Source: Trueperaceae bacterium
Lineage (GTDB): Bacteria > Deinococcota > Deinococci > Deinococcales > Trueperaceae
Assembly: GCA_965213705.1 (NCBI GenBank)
Contig: OZ243913.1
Coordinates: 3,648,001 to 3,712,000 of the forward strand
DNA length: 64,000 nucleotides
Direction: 5' to 3'
Part shown: positions 1 to 10,552 of the stretch, in pieces
Numbering within the stretch: position 1 is the first letter of the stretch
How the letters are laid out: every line of letters begins with the position of its first letter
Translations under genes and position numbers: made by a program
The notes under the pieces: generated by a model
Told to the model about the DNA's origin: nothing
The model's database searches: none
The model's input: the letters and a program-made list of their open reading frames with translations, nothing else

Positions 1-346
1 GTACCTTGGTCCAGGGGTTGCCCTCTTGAATGGTGTAGTGCGAGTTTTCGTCTTGCACTTCGTAGCGCGTGCGCCAGATGGACCGCAAACCTTTGCGCTT
101 CACGCTGCCGTAGGTAACGCCCTCGGTATCGACGAAATGATAGGCTGCCGAGAAGTCGATGATCCTGTCCGCATGAATCTCGCTGATGAGTTGCGTTTTG
201 CTCTCGTCCTTAAAAACCGAAATATGCTCTTTAAACTTGAACATCTTTTGCCGCACGTAGCAGAGCGGCCTGCCGAGCGCGTCGTGTACATAAATCTGTG
301 GCGCCAAAGCGGCAACTTTGAAAGTCAGAGACAGGGGAAAGTTCAT
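1..346 (-). CDS. Conserved hypothetical protein (possibly LURP-one/scramblase-like), partial, runs off the window start
   Basis: Not in the ORF track. Minus-strand ATG at 346 with GAGG upstream; open frame MNFPLSLTFKVAALAPQIYVHDALGRPLCYVRQKMFKFKEHISVF... continues to position 1. Confidence 0.65.
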   Translation of the reverse strand, partial: MNFPLSLTFKVAALAPQIYVHDALGRPLCYVRQKMFKFKEHISVFKDESKTQLISEIHADRIIDFSAAYHFVDTEGVTYGSVKRKGLRSIWRTRYEVQDENSHYTIQEGNPWTKV

Positions 347-409
347 GACCTCACTTTATGACGAAGGAGGCGCTAGGTCGCTGATAATTTCCACAGGCGC
401 AGGTGAAAA

Positions 410-436
410 GCGTGCTTCGAAGCTTTAGAAGCACGC
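410..436 (-). terminator. Probable intrinsic terminator after the HRDC-domain gene
   Basis: Inverted repeat GCGTGCTTC...GAAGCACGC followed by TTTT on the minus strand. Confidence 0.5.
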
Positions 437-478
437 CGTATTTTATCGCGGCTTGAAAATAGCCTGTTCTTTCTTGTT

Positions 479-1426
479 TTAACCGCTCCGAATCAGCTTC
501 AAAATCGCCTCGCCGTAGCGCTCGAGCTTGACCGGCCCGATGCCCTTGACGGCTTTGAGGGCGTCCAGCGTTTGCGGCTTTTCGGCGGCGACTTGCCGCA
601 AACTTTCGTTGGTCAGCACGAGGTAAGCGGCGCGGTCTTCACGCTTGGCGGTCTCGCGCCGCCAGGCTTCCAAGCGCTCGTACAGCGCCGAGTCGACGGG
701 TTGCGCGGGCGCGGTTTCCACCGGCGCTTCGGCCCGAAAATCTGCAGGAGAAGTTACGGAAGAGTCTGCTCGCGGCGTCGCGGGCGGGATGTCGACGCGG
801 CTCGAGGCTGGACTTACTGAGGCTGTGGGGGTTGAGGCTGTAGGGGTTGGGGCTGGGGTAGTTGAGGCTGTGGTAGCGGCCGCCGTCTCGGTCGGTTGCG
901 GGCCGGGCGTGACGAAGGTCTCCGGCGCGGGATTGGTTTTATGGGTGCCGGTCTCATAGCCGGCGGGGGTGGCTGTAGACGCCCCCCGGCCGACCTCTTT
1001 TTTGTTCTGACCGAGCAGGTACGCGCCCGCCCCAATGAGAATGAGCGCGAACCAGAACGAGCCCAGCACGCCCGTCTCGGACAAGCCCACGACGACACCG
1101 AACAGCGCCAGCAACCCGCCGACGTAAAGGGGCCAGCGGTTCGTTTTGGGCTCAATGCGGTCAATCATCGCAAAACCGACGCCGAGACTGACCAAAAACG
1201 CCCCGTTCCAGCCCCAGCTTTCTTCCAGCAGGATGCCCACCGCCACGCCCGCTAAGACGCTGCCCGCGACGAGCAAACCGTAGCTTTTGCGGGTGGTGTA
1301 GCCCCACAAAAAGGCGGCGGCGACGAGCCCGACCCAAATCCAGCCCGTGTCCATGTCCAGGCGCGACAGCAAAAACAGCGAGCCGACCCCAATAAGGATG
1401 TAGGCAAGTAGTTTGTTGTTCTCCAC
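479..1426 (-). CDS. Multi-pass membrane protein with Pro/Thr/Ala-rich linker and C-terminal HRDC domain
   Basis: About 6 hydrophobic helices, a low-complexity linker, then LYERLEAWRRETAKREDRAAYLVLTNESL...GIGPVKLERYG, typical of HRDC. Confidence 0.8.
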   Translation of the reverse strand: MENNKLLAYILIGVGSLFLLSRLDMDTGWIWVGLVAAAFLWGYTTRKSYGLLVAGSVLAGVAVGILLEESWGWNGAFLVSLGVGFAMIDRIEPKTNRWPLYVGGLLALFGVVVGLSETGVLGSFWFALILIGAGAYLLGQNKKEVGRGASTATPAGYETGTHKTNPAPETFVTPGPQPTETAAATTASTTPAPTPTASTPTASVSPASSRVDIPPATPRADSSVTSPADFRAEAPVETAPAQPVDSALYERLEAWRRETAKREDRAAYLVLTNESLRQVAAEKPQTLDALKAVKGIGPVKLERYGEAILKLIRSG

Positions 1427-1712
1427 AATTTCCTCCTTTGAGCTTGAAAAAGCTTACCGCACGCCCTCTGGCCTGTAACCCTACGAAGGTAGGAGACGGT
1501 CGAGAGTAGGCTGAACTGTGTACCCGCCGTTCGCCAACGGTTACAGCTAAAGGCAAAGCCGAATGCTAAACTGCATATATACATTGTCTTAGGTCCGCTG
1601 TAGGCGGATGAGGGGGTTGAATGATGTTGCAACCGATGAACCGAACCGCGCTGGAAAGTAGACCCAGTAGCGCGACTTTTGCCCGGACGAGTTGGCAAGC
1701 TCGAGGCTTTGA

Positions 1713-2822
<1,110 letters not shown>

Positions 2823-2826
2823 GTTT

Positions 2827-3801
2827 ATGCCCGTCCAAACCATCGTCCAAACCATCGCCCGAACCCTCGACGAAGAAATGAACCGCGACGACGCCGTCGT
2901 GCTGCTGGGTGAAGACGTGGGCAAGCGCGGCGGCGTGTTCCTGGCGACCGAAAAACTGTTCGACAAGTACGGCCCCGACCGCGTCATCGACACGCCGCTG
3001 TCCGAAGCGGCCATCATCGGCGCGGCGGTCGGCATGGCGGCGCACGGTCTGCGCCCGGTCGCCGAAATCCAGTTCGCCGACTACGTCTACCCCGGTTTCG
3101 ACCAGCTCGTCACCCAGGCCGCCAAGCTCCGCTACCGCTCAGGCGGCCAGTTCACCGCGCCTATGGTCGTGCGGATGCCCGCCGGGGGCGGCGTCAAGGG
3201 CGGCCACCACCACTCGCAAAACCCGGAGACGCACTTCATCCACACGGCGGGCCTCAAGGTCGTGTACCCTTCGACGCCTAGCGACACCAAGGGCCTCCTC
3301 AAAGCCGCCATCCGCGACGACGACCCGGTGATTTTCATGGAGCCCAAGCGCCTCTACCGAGCGGTGAAAGAAGAGGTCTCCGAGGACGACTACGTGACGC
3401 CTATCGGCAAGGCGAAGGTGCGGCAACAAGGCGACGACGTGGTCCTCGTCTCCTACGGCGGCAGCATGGCTGAAACGCTGCGCGCCGCTGAAGAGTTAGC
3501 CAAACAAGATGTTTCTACCGAGGTCATCGACCTGCGTTCGCTCATGCCCTGGGACAAGGAAACGGTGCTAGAGAGCGTGGCGCGAATAGGCCGCGCCGTC
3601 TTGGTCAGCGAGTCGCCCCACACGCTGAACTTTATGAGCGAGGTCGCCGCGACGGTTTGCGAAGAGGTGCTGGACAGCCTCCACGCGCCGCCGCTCCGCG
3701 TCACCGGCTTCGACGTGCCCTACCCTTATGCCCAAGACCGCGAGTACCTGCCGGGGCCGAACCGGATTTTGAGGGCAGTTCAAAAAGTATTACAGTATTG
3801 A
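2827..3801 (+). CDS. 2-oxoacid dehydrogenase E1 beta
   Basis: [31 protein letters not shown] motifs. Start moved to ATG 2827, directly after E1a. Confidence 0.92.
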   Translation: MPVQTIVQTIARTLDEEMNRDDAVVLLGEDVGKRGGVFLATEKLFDKYGPDRVIDTPLSEAAIIGAAVGMAAHGLRPVAEIQFADYVYPGFDQLVTQAAKLRYRSGGQFTAPMVVRMPAGGGVKGGHHHSQNPETHFIHTAGLKVVYPSTPSDTKGLLKAAIRDDDPVIFMEPKRLYRAVKEEVSEDDYVTPIGKAKVRQQGDDVVLVSYGGSMAETLRAAEELAKQDVSTEVIDLRSLMPWDKETVLESVARIGRAVLVSESPHTLNFMSEVAATVCEEVLDSLHAPPLRVTGFDVPYPYAQDREYLPGPNRILRAVQKVLQY

Positions 3802-3809
3802 TAACTTAA

Positions 3810-3838
3810 AGGGGAGAAAAATCTCCCCTGATTTTTTT
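3810..3838 (+). terminator. Terminator-like hairpin between E1b and E2
   Basis: AGGGGAGA-AAAA-TCTCCCCT followed by GATTTTTTT. Confidence 0.45.
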
Positions 3839-3848
3839 GAGGAGATTT

Positions 3849-5282
3849 ATGCCCAAGGAATTTTTACTGCCCGAACTCGCCGAGTCGGTGGTCGAAGGGG
3901 AAATCGTCAAATGGCTCGTCGCGGAGGGTGAAACGGTCGAGGAAGACCAGCCCATCGTCGAGGTGATGACCGACAAGGTCACGGTCGAGTTGCCGAGCCC
4001 CTATGCGGGCGTGCTCGAGAAACGCCTCGCCGCCGAGGGCGACGTGGTCGCCGTCCACGCGCCCATCGCCCTGTTCGCCGACGGGGAAGCGCGACCGGGT
4101 GAGCAACCCGCCGAAGAGCCGGGCGAAAACGTCCAGGCCGAGGAGGAACGCTCCATCGTCGAACCCGGCGGCCACGTGCCCGAGGACGACGGCGAGAGCT
4201 TGAGCCTCTTCAAACCCTCGGCCGCGCTCGACGAAGGCCCGGTCGTCCAGGTGCGCAAAAGTGGGGCGGCGGTCGCTGAGAAAGCCGCCGCGAGGGTTCC
4301 TGAGCAAACGGTCGCCGCGAAAAAAGAAGCCGCGAAAAAAGTCACCGGTCCCTACGGCCGCGTGTTAGCCGTCCCGGCGGCGCGCAAGCTCGCTCGAGAC
4401 TTAGGCTTAGACATCGCTTCGGTCGCGGGCAGCGGCCCCAACGGCCGGGTGCGCGTGGACGACGTGCGGGCGCACGCGGACACCGCACAAACCGACACCG
4501 CGCAAGTGCCCACGCCCTCCCCCAAACCCATTCCCGAAACCAAACGCATCGCCTACCAAACGCCCGAGGACTACGCCGCCCTGGAAGAGCGCGTCCCGGT
4601 GCGTGGGCTGCGGCGGGCCATCTCGAGCCAGATGCTCGCCTCCCACTTGCAAACCGTCCGCACGCTGCACGTGGACGAGGCCGACATGACCGCCTTGTTC
4701 GACATGCGCGCCCGCCTCAAACCCGTAGCTGAGGAGCGCGGCGTTAAACTCTCCTACCTGCCTTTCATCATGAAGGCCGTCGTGGCGGCGCTGAAGCGGT
4801 TCCCAATTATCAACTCGAGCTTGGACGAAACCAGCAACGAAATCGTGCGTAAGCACTACTACAACTTGGGCGTCGCGGTGGCGACCGAGTCGGGCCTGGT
4901 CGTGCCGGTCGTCCACGAGGTCGACAGGAAATCCATTTTAGAGATTGCCGACGACGTCTCGAGCCTCGCCGCGAAAGCTCGAGACGGCAAGCTCGCCCCC
5001 GGCGACGTAAAGAACGGCACCTTTTCGATTACCAACATCGGCACGCTGGGCGGGCTTTTCAGCTTCCCCATTATCAACGTGCCCGAGGCGGCGATTTTGG
5101 GCGTCCACAGCATTAAAAAGCGGCCGGTCGTCCTTGAAGACGACACGATTGTGGCGCGGCAGATGCTTTACTTGTCCCTCTCCTTCGACCACCGAATTAT
5201 CGACGGGGCGGAGGCGGCGATGTTCACCTCGGCCCTCATCAAGCTGTTGGAGACGCCGGAAAGTTTGCTGCTCGAGCTTTAG
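3849..5282 (+). CDS. Dihydrolipoamide acyltransferase (E2)
   Basis: Lipoyl domain EVMTDKVT, E3-binding GSGPNGRV, catalytic FDHRIIDG; RBS GAGGAG before ATG 3849. Confidence 0.93.
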   Translation: MPKEFLLPELAESVVEGEIVKWLVAEGETVEEDQPIVEVMTDKVTVELPSPYAGVLEKRLAAEGDVVAVHAPIALFADGEARPGEQPAEEPGENVQAEEERSIVEPGGHVPEDDGESLSLFKPSAALDEGPVVQVRKSGAAVAEKAAARVPEQTVAAKKEAAKKVTGPYGRVLAVPAARKLARDLGLDIASVAGSGPNGRVRVDDVRAHADTAQTDTAQVPTPSPKPIPETKRIAYQTPEDYAALEERVPVRGLRRAISSQMLASHLQTVRTLHVDEADMTALFDMRARLKPVAEERGVKLSYLPFIMKAVVAALKRFPIINSSLDETSNEIVRKHYYNLGVAVATESGLVVPVVHEVDRKSILEIADDVSSLAAKARDGKLAPGDVKNGTFSITNIGTLGGLFSFPIINVPEAAILGVHSIKKRPVVLEDDTIVARQMLYLSLSFDHRIIDGAEAAMFTSALIKLLETPESLLLEL

Positions 5283-5362
5283 CCTCAGCTAAGAAGAACT
5301 TGAAGAGGTTGGAAAGGGGCTTTGGGCTGCGCTGACGGTTTTCATAAAACATTCATGTTTCG

Positions 5363-5391
5363 CTGACTCTGCTAACAGTTTTGTATAGAAT
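5363..5391 (+). promoter_or_regulatory. Candidate sigma70-type promoter for the RiPP cluster
   Basis: CTGACT (5363-5368), 17 bp spacer, TAGAAT (5386-5391) in an AT-rich stretch upstream of the RRE gene. Confidence 0.45.
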
Positions 5392-5424
5392 TTTTCACAG
5401 ATGGCAAAGGGGGAGGGCAAGCAA

Positions 5425-5703
5425 ATGTACGGTTCCGCTTCGAGCATCACGGCGACCCAGGAGCAAATTTCCACCGAACTAGACGGTGAAGTCGTCATCC
5501 TCAACACGAACACGGGCAAATACTTTACGCTGGACGGCGTCGGCACCGAGGTGTGGCAGCACCTACAAAACGCGGTCACAGTCTCAGACCTGTGCGCCAA
5601 GGTTGAGGCCCGTTACGACGTTGCGCCGGAACGCTGCCGGGCCGACGTGCTGGCGCTGTTGCAAGACCTCACCGAGGCAGGACTCGTCGAGCGTGTCGAC
5701 TAA
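5425..5703 (+). CDS. PqqD-family RiPP recognition element (lasso B1-like)
   Basis: ELDGEVVIL...KYFTLDGVGTEVWQHL...YDVAPERCRADVLALLQDLTEAGLV is a PqqD/RRE pattern. GGAGGG precedes ATG 5425; alternative start 5401. Confidence 0.9.
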   Translation: MYGSASSITATQEQISTELDGEVVILNTNTGKYFTLDGVGTEVWQHLQNAVTVSDLCAKVEARYDVAPERCRADVLALLQDLTEAGLVERVD

Positions 5704-6121
5704 GCTCGCCAAGATACCCGCCTTTTTCGCGAGGTCGGCTCTGGAGCGCCGGCTTTTGCTCGAGGCCCTGGCCACTCTCTGGCTCGTTCGGCTCGGGTTG
5801 TGGCTGCTGCCTTTCGGCGCGCTGCTGCGCCTCGTCCGGCGTCCGCTGGGAACGTCTAGCGTCGAAGTCGGCCGTTTGACAAAAACATTCACGGTTGTGA
5901 GCCGCTACGTGCCGCGTGCCACTTGCCTTGCCCAAGCCCTCGCCGGTCAACGTCTGTTGGCGGCTCACGGGCATTCCAGCCGCTTGCGAATAGGCGTTCG
6001 CAAAGACGGCGCGCGGTTGGGGGCGCACGCGTGGCTCGAGCATCAGGACCGCGTGGTTGTCGGACTCGTGTCCAACCTGACCGACTACCACCCCTTGTCC
6101 GGCGAGGGAGAACGACCATGA
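5693..6121 (+). CDS. Lasso B2-type transglutaminase-like leader peptidase
   Basis: TCLAQAL (catalytic Cys), LRIGVRK and AHAWLE (catalytic His). GTG 5693 overlaps the end of the RRE gene. Confidence 0.88.
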   Translation: MSTKLAKIPAFFARSALERRLLLEALATLWLVRLGLWLLPFGALLRLVRRPLGTSSVEVGRLTKTFTVVSRYVPRATCLAQALAGQRLLAAHGHSSRLRIGVRKDGARLGAHAWLEHQDRVVVGLVSNLTDYHPLSGEGERP

Positions 6122-6241
6122 CCTAAAGCCGCGTGAGCTTGCCCGCGCCACGACCGGGCGAGATGGGGAAGAACCGTGGTGGCCTGTTGCCGATAGTTTC
6201 GGCGCGTCCTGGGAAACTTCAAAAACTTTAGGGGAGAGTTT

Positions 6242-7402
6242 ATGAAACGAATTTTGTGGGGCAGCCTGTTAATTTTTATTCTTGCTGCTTGTGGCACGAG
6301 CAGCAATCCAGAAGTGCCGCAAGCGACGAACACCTTTAGTTTTACTGTGGACCCGGCAGCGCGAAGCGTCGAACTCGCTGCAGCACCGGCTGGTGCTCTT
6401 GCCGCTCGAGCCGAAGATGGCAGCCGTGTTTTAGTACCGCGTACGGACTTGAGTTTGAAGTCCTACACCTTTACTTTCTTGCCCGGCAACATACTCGCCA
6501 TCAACGCGAGCTTTAGAAACATTTCGGGTAAAACTTTCAAAAACTTGACGTTCAGCCGCGCTGCAAGCTCAGACAATATAGTCAGTTCGAGCGAGCCGGA
6601 CGTGGTCGAAACTTTGGAGTCTGGCGCGTCCACCAGCACTTTGCGCTTTATGGTGCAACACCAAGGTCAGCGCTTTGCTTACGAAGTAGACGCGAGTGCG
6701 ACGGTTGCAGCCCCAGAGCCTGGTGGAACCGAATGTACCAATCCGGTAAACATCCCCGACGACGTTCTTAGGCGGCAAATTCGGTCGGTGATTGGTAAAT
6801 CTCAAGGCGACATCACTTGCGCTGATATGGCGAGCCTGGAATCGTTGAGCATCGAGTCGCTTTACTCTTACGTTGGTGAGGTTTACAACCTGGAGGGATT
6901 GCAGTTTGCGGTGAACCTGACAGAGCTCCGAGTTAGTTTCACTGAACTTACCGACCTCCGCCCTTTAAGTGGTCTCACAAGCTTGCAGGGTTTGGATGTT
7001 GCTTCCAACAAAATTGATGATATCAGTCCACTACAGGGATTGACGAACCTGACGGGCCTGTCTGTGGCTAACAACAACATAAGCGACATCAGCGCAGTGA
7101 GCGACCTGCTCAGGTTGGAGCGCCTCATCTTGGCCTTCAACCCTATCACCGACATCGGCCCCTTGAGCGGTCTGGAAGACTTACAAATACTTCTCATTTG
7201 TAACAACCGGATCAGCGACCTCGGTCCCCTTATTGCCAACCCAGGTATCGGGAACGGCGACGACTTCATCGATTTGTCCGTGAACCCTTTTGACCTTTCT
7301 CCCGGTTCAAAAGCCTCACAAGACATCGAAACCCTAGAGCGTCGCAACCCGAACATTCCCAACATTTTCGGAACCGAAGCTCAGCCGGGCAGATGTAGCT
7401 AA
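6242..7402 (+). CDS. Internalin-like LRR lipoprotein 1
   Basis: Lipobox LAAC; shared N-terminal beta-rich domain; cap VNIPD..LR...GDITCADM; 22-aa LRRs (LxxLxxxxNxIxDIxPL). Confidence 0.88.
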   Translation: MKRILWGSLLIFILAACGTSSNPEVPQATNTFSFTVDPAARSVELAAAPAGALAARAEDGSRVLVPRTDLSLKSYTFTFLPGNILAINASFRNISGKTFKNLTFSRAASSDNIVSSSEPDVVETLESGASTSTLRFMVQHQGQRFAYEVDASATVAAPEPGGTECTNPVNIPDDVLRRQIRSVIGKSQGDITCADMASLESLSIESLYSYVGEVYNLEGLQFAVNLTELRVSFTELTDLRPLSGLTSLQGLDVASNKIDDISPLQGLTNLTGLSVANNNISDISAVSDLLRLERLILAFNPITDIGPLSGLEDLQILLICNNRISDLGPLIANPGIGNGDDFIDLSVNPFDLSPGSKASQDIETLERRNPNIPNIFGTEAQPGRCS

Positions 7403-7412
7403 GGAGCTTGAC

Positions 7413-7571
7413 ATGCATAAACCCGAGCCACAACCCAAGCCCACCGGCGGGCAACCCGTCAACGTGAACAAGCAGCCCTACGAGACACCGGTTTTTAAGG
7501 AACACGGCAGCGCCAAAAGTATCACTTTGCAAACCTTCTTCGGCACCTTCTCGCCGCCCGCCTCGGACTAA
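7413..7571 (+). CDS. RiPP precursor peptide 1 (52 aa)
   Basis: Not in the ORF track. AAGGAG at 7401-7406; MHKPEPQPKPTGGQPVNVNKQPYETPVFKEHGSAKSITL-QTFFGTFSPPASD. Confidence 0.9.
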   Translation: MHKPEPQPKPTGGQPVNVNKQPYETPVFKEHGSAKSITLQTFFGTFSPPASD

Positions 7572-7638
7572 ACGTTACTTTCCAGCACCCCTACGCAGGG
7601 ATACTTAAAACTCATCGAAAACTTCAGGAGAGAGTCTG

Positions 7639-10209
7639 ATGAAACGGATTTTGTGGGGCAGCTTAATAGTTTTACTCTTGGCAGCTTGCGGAACCAGTAA
7701 GCCAGACCTGCCGCAGGCTACAAATACTTTCAACTTCACCGTCAACCCGGCGGCGCAGAGCGTTGAACTCGCTTCGACACCTGCGGCTGGATTGACCGCT
7801 CAAGCCGAGGACGGTAGCCGCGTTCTCAAACCCGCCACAGAACTGAGCTTGGAGTCTTTCACATTTACTTTCTTGCCAGGTAATTTGCTCGCCATCGACG
7901 CGGTTTTCAAAAACGTCTCAGACCAAACGTTTACCAACCTGACGTTCAGTAGGGCGGCGGGCTCAGACGACATCGTCAGCTCGACTGAGCCGAACGTGGT
8001 CGCAACCTTGGCACCTGGCGCGTCCACCGGCACGCTGCGCTTTACGGTACAGCATAGAGGCCAACCTTTTACCTATGCGGTAGAGGCTAGGGCGACCGTG
8101 GGGATGACGGGAGGGGCTGGCTGTACCGACCCGGTGAACATTCCTGACCGTTTTTTGAAAGAAGGTACACGCATCCAGCTTCAACTTCAAGACAGCGAGA
8201 TTACCTGCGCGGACATGGAGAGGTTGACCGAACTCGACATCTATGAGTTAAGGGACGACATTGATGAAGAATTTCCCGAGCTGGTTGATGTCGGTACTCT
8301 TGAAGGGCTTCAGTTCGCGGTAAACCTCGAGTTCCTGGCGCTGCCTATTAACAGTAACAACAAAGACCTGCTCCAACCTTTGACGGGGCTCACAAGTCTC
8401 ACGAAACTTAGAATCGGCTTGTCCGGTGGGCGTCTTGACAACATCGACATTCCAGAGGAGTTTGAGAATTTTTACAATTTCAGCTACCTCGGCAGTTTGA
8501 TCAACTTGACTGACCTGAGACTATTCGCCTACCAAACGGATTACAGTTGGATAAGCAGTTTGACTAAGTTGACGACTCTCGACCTCAGCTTCAACGAACT
8601 CATAGAAGACTTGACTCCGTTCAGTACCCTGACCAACCTGACCGACTTCAACCTGTCTACCAACTCAGTCAGCGAGTTAGGTCCTTTGGTCTCAAATCCC
8701 GGCATCGGCGAAGGTGACGACCGGCTCGACTTAGACCAGAACTGTTTAGTTCTCACACCGGGGTCGGAAGACCTCGAGGCTGTCAATACCCTGGAGAGCC
8801 GCAACCCGGACGTTCAGAACGTTTTCTTAGGCACCCAAAAGAAGGACGCCTTTTGCGGCAGGACGCCCGACAGCGGCGCTGACCTGAGTCTGTTCGTCAA
8901 CGCTTTTAAACGTGGCGACGACGGCTTCGGCACTGTCGACACCGTGCAGGTCGGGGATGTTGTGGAATTCGTCGTAACCATTGATAACAACGGCCCCGAC
9001 ACGGCGTTCGACATCGTTGTCACAGCTGAGGTTGATAATGCCGCCGGACTCGAGTCATTTACATTTGAGGCCGTTGCTGACTCCAACTGCGACACCGTGC
9101 TAGACGGACCCGAAACCTACAAGCTGGTTTGCACTTTGACAGAAGCGTTGCCCGCTGGTGGTGAGGTTGGTCAAGTAGACCCTAGATTCTTCCTCGGTTT
9201 CGCAGCCGAGGCGGACAACGTCGGAACCATGACCGCGCGGTTTGAGGTATCTTCTAATACTACCAACGACTTCGATTCGTCCAACAACGATGATGTTAAA
9301 GAGATTAGTGTTTTGCCGGAGAACTCCGGCGATGAGTGTACCGACCCCGTGAATATTCCCGACGACACCTTGAGGCAATCCATTCGTGATGCGTTGAACA
9401 AGCCCGAAGGCGACATCACTTGCGCAGACATGGCGAGCTTGACCGAGTTGGTTTCACGCATCGAAAACGAGGTTGACCTCGAACAAATCGGCAACCTGGA
9501 AGGCATTCAGTTCGCAAAGAATCTCGAAACACTTGATTTTTTCGTCTCATGCTGCGAAGTAGTTCCCGACTTCTTCGAACCCCTGAGCGGTCTCGCCAAC
9601 CTGACTACCTTGAAAATTTTCAACATTCGGGACTTTCAGGAACTGGACTTTGACGACCTGGACTTCAGTCCTTTAGGTAGTCTCTCCAACCTTACCGTCC
9701 TCAGCCTTCCAGAAACCCAAGTAAGTAATATCGACTTTTTAAGTGGTTTGACCAACCTGTCCACCCTCGACCTTTCCGACAACGTCATAGACGACTACAG
9801 TCCCTTGAGCAACCTGACCGCCCTGAAAAAGCTGGACCTTTCGTCGGACAGGTTGTACTTAGAGTTTTTCGGAGTTGAGGACATCGGCTTTCTGAGTGGT
9901 CTTACCGCTTTGACCGACCTCGACCTCTCGAGTAACAACGTCAGTGACCTCAGTCCGTTGAGCGGCCTCACCCAGTTGGTCAATCTCGACCTTTCTTCCA
10001 ACCTCGTCACTGACATCAGCCCTTTGGTCATCAATGAGGGAATTGGCGACGGTGATGATGAACTTGTCTTAGTGAGCAACTGCTTGGATACGAGTTCGGG
10101 TTCTCAAGCGCTTGGTGACGCTGACACCCTAGAAAGCCGTAACCCAGATGTTCAGAATGTCTTCCTGGGAATGCAAGGAGATGATGAGGCTTGCAGCCAG
10201 GAAAACTAG
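7639..10209 (+). CDS. Internalin-like LRR lipoprotein 2 (two LRR modules flanking a DUF11-like domain)
   Basis: Lipobox LAAC; two capped LRR blocks; ADLSL...VTIDNNGPDTA...CTL...DSSNN DUF11-like domain between them. Confidence 0.88.
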   Translation: MKRILWGSLIVLLLAACGTSKPDLPQATNTFNFTVNPAAQSVELASTPAAGLTAQAEDGSRVLKPATELSLESFTFTFLPGNLLAIDAVFKNVSDQTFTNLTFSRAAGSDDIVSSTEPNVVATLAPGASTGTLRFTVQHRGQPFTYAVEARATVGMTGGAGCTDPVNIPDRFLKEGTRIQLQLQDSEITCADMERLTELDIYELRDDIDEEFPELVDVGTLEGLQFAVNLEFLALPINSNNKDLLQPLTGLTSLTKLRIGLSGGRLDNIDIPEEFENFYNFSYLGSLINLTDLRLFAYQTDYSWISSLTKLTTLDLSFNELIEDLTPFSTLTNLTDFNLSTNSVSELGPLVSNPGIGEGDDRLDLDQNCLVLTPGSEDLEAVNTLESRNPDVQNVFLGTQKKDAFCGRTPDSGADLSLFVNAFKRGDDGFGTVDTVQVGDVVEFVVTIDNNGPDTAFDIVVTAEVDNAAGLESFTFEAVADSNCDTVLDGPETYKLVCTLTEALPAGGEVGQVDPRFFLGFAAEADNVGTMTARFEVSSNTTNDFDSSNNDDVKEISVLPENSGDECTDPVNIPDDTLRQSIRDALNKPEGDITCADMASLTELVSRIENEVDLEQIGNLEGIQFAKNLETLDFFVSCCEVVPDFFEPLSGLANLTTLKIFNIRDFQELDFDDLDFSPLGSLSNLTVLSLPETQVSNIDFLSGLTNLSTLDLSDNVIDDYSPLSNLTALKKLDLSSDRLYLEFFGVEDIGFLSGLTALTDLDLSSNNVSDLSPLSGLTQLVNLDLSSNLVTDISPLVINEGIGDGDDELVLVSNCLDTSSGSQALGDADTLESRNPDVQNVFLGMQGDDEACSQEN

Positions 10210-10284
10210 CTGACACAAGCGTTTCTTGACGCGAGGTTTAGTCAGACAGTAGAACATCAGTCGTAAGTAGTGTAAGGAGTAAGT

Positions 10285-10446
10285 GTGAGCAAATACCTAA
10301 AGTCCCAACCCTTGTTACAAAACGTTGCTGAAAACGAAAAAGGCAAGAAAGTTTACCAAACCCCCATTCTCAAAGAACACGGTAGCGCCAAGGACATCAC
10401 CCTGCAAACCTTCTTCGGCACCTTCTCGCCGCCCGCTTCCGACTAA
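10285..10446 (+). CDS. RiPP precursor peptide 2 (53 aa)
   Basis: Not in the ORF track. AAGGAG then GTG 10285; MSKYLKSQPLLQNVAENEKGKKVYQTPILKEHGSAKDITL-QTFFGTFSPPASD. Confidence 0.88.
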   Translation: MSKYLKSQPLLQNVAENEKGKKVYQTPILKEHGSAKDITLQTFFGTFSPPASD

Positions 10447-10454
10447 TCTCCTCG

Positions 10455-10484
10455 GTCCGGTGGCCCCACGCGGGGCTACCGGAC
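10455..10484 (+). promoter_or_regulatory. GC-rich stem-loop after precursor 2
   Basis: GTCCGGTGGCCCC-ACGC-GGGGCTACCGGAC, 13-bp stem with one G-U pair, no U-tract. Confidence 0.7.
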
Positions 10485-10552
10485 TCATCAGCGTCGTTAC
10501 CACTCGAGCGCCCTGTTGCTTTACAGTAAGCACAAGACATGAAGGAGGAACT

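Noticed and set aside
26..361. Plus-strand 111-aa ORF
   Set aside because: It is antisense to a more protein-like minus-strand gene starting at 346 that has an RBS.
10325..10552. N-terminal extension of LRR lipoprotein 3 in the ORF track
   Set aside because: It overlaps precursor 2 and its hairpin; the RBS and paralogous signal peptide place the start at GTG 10553.
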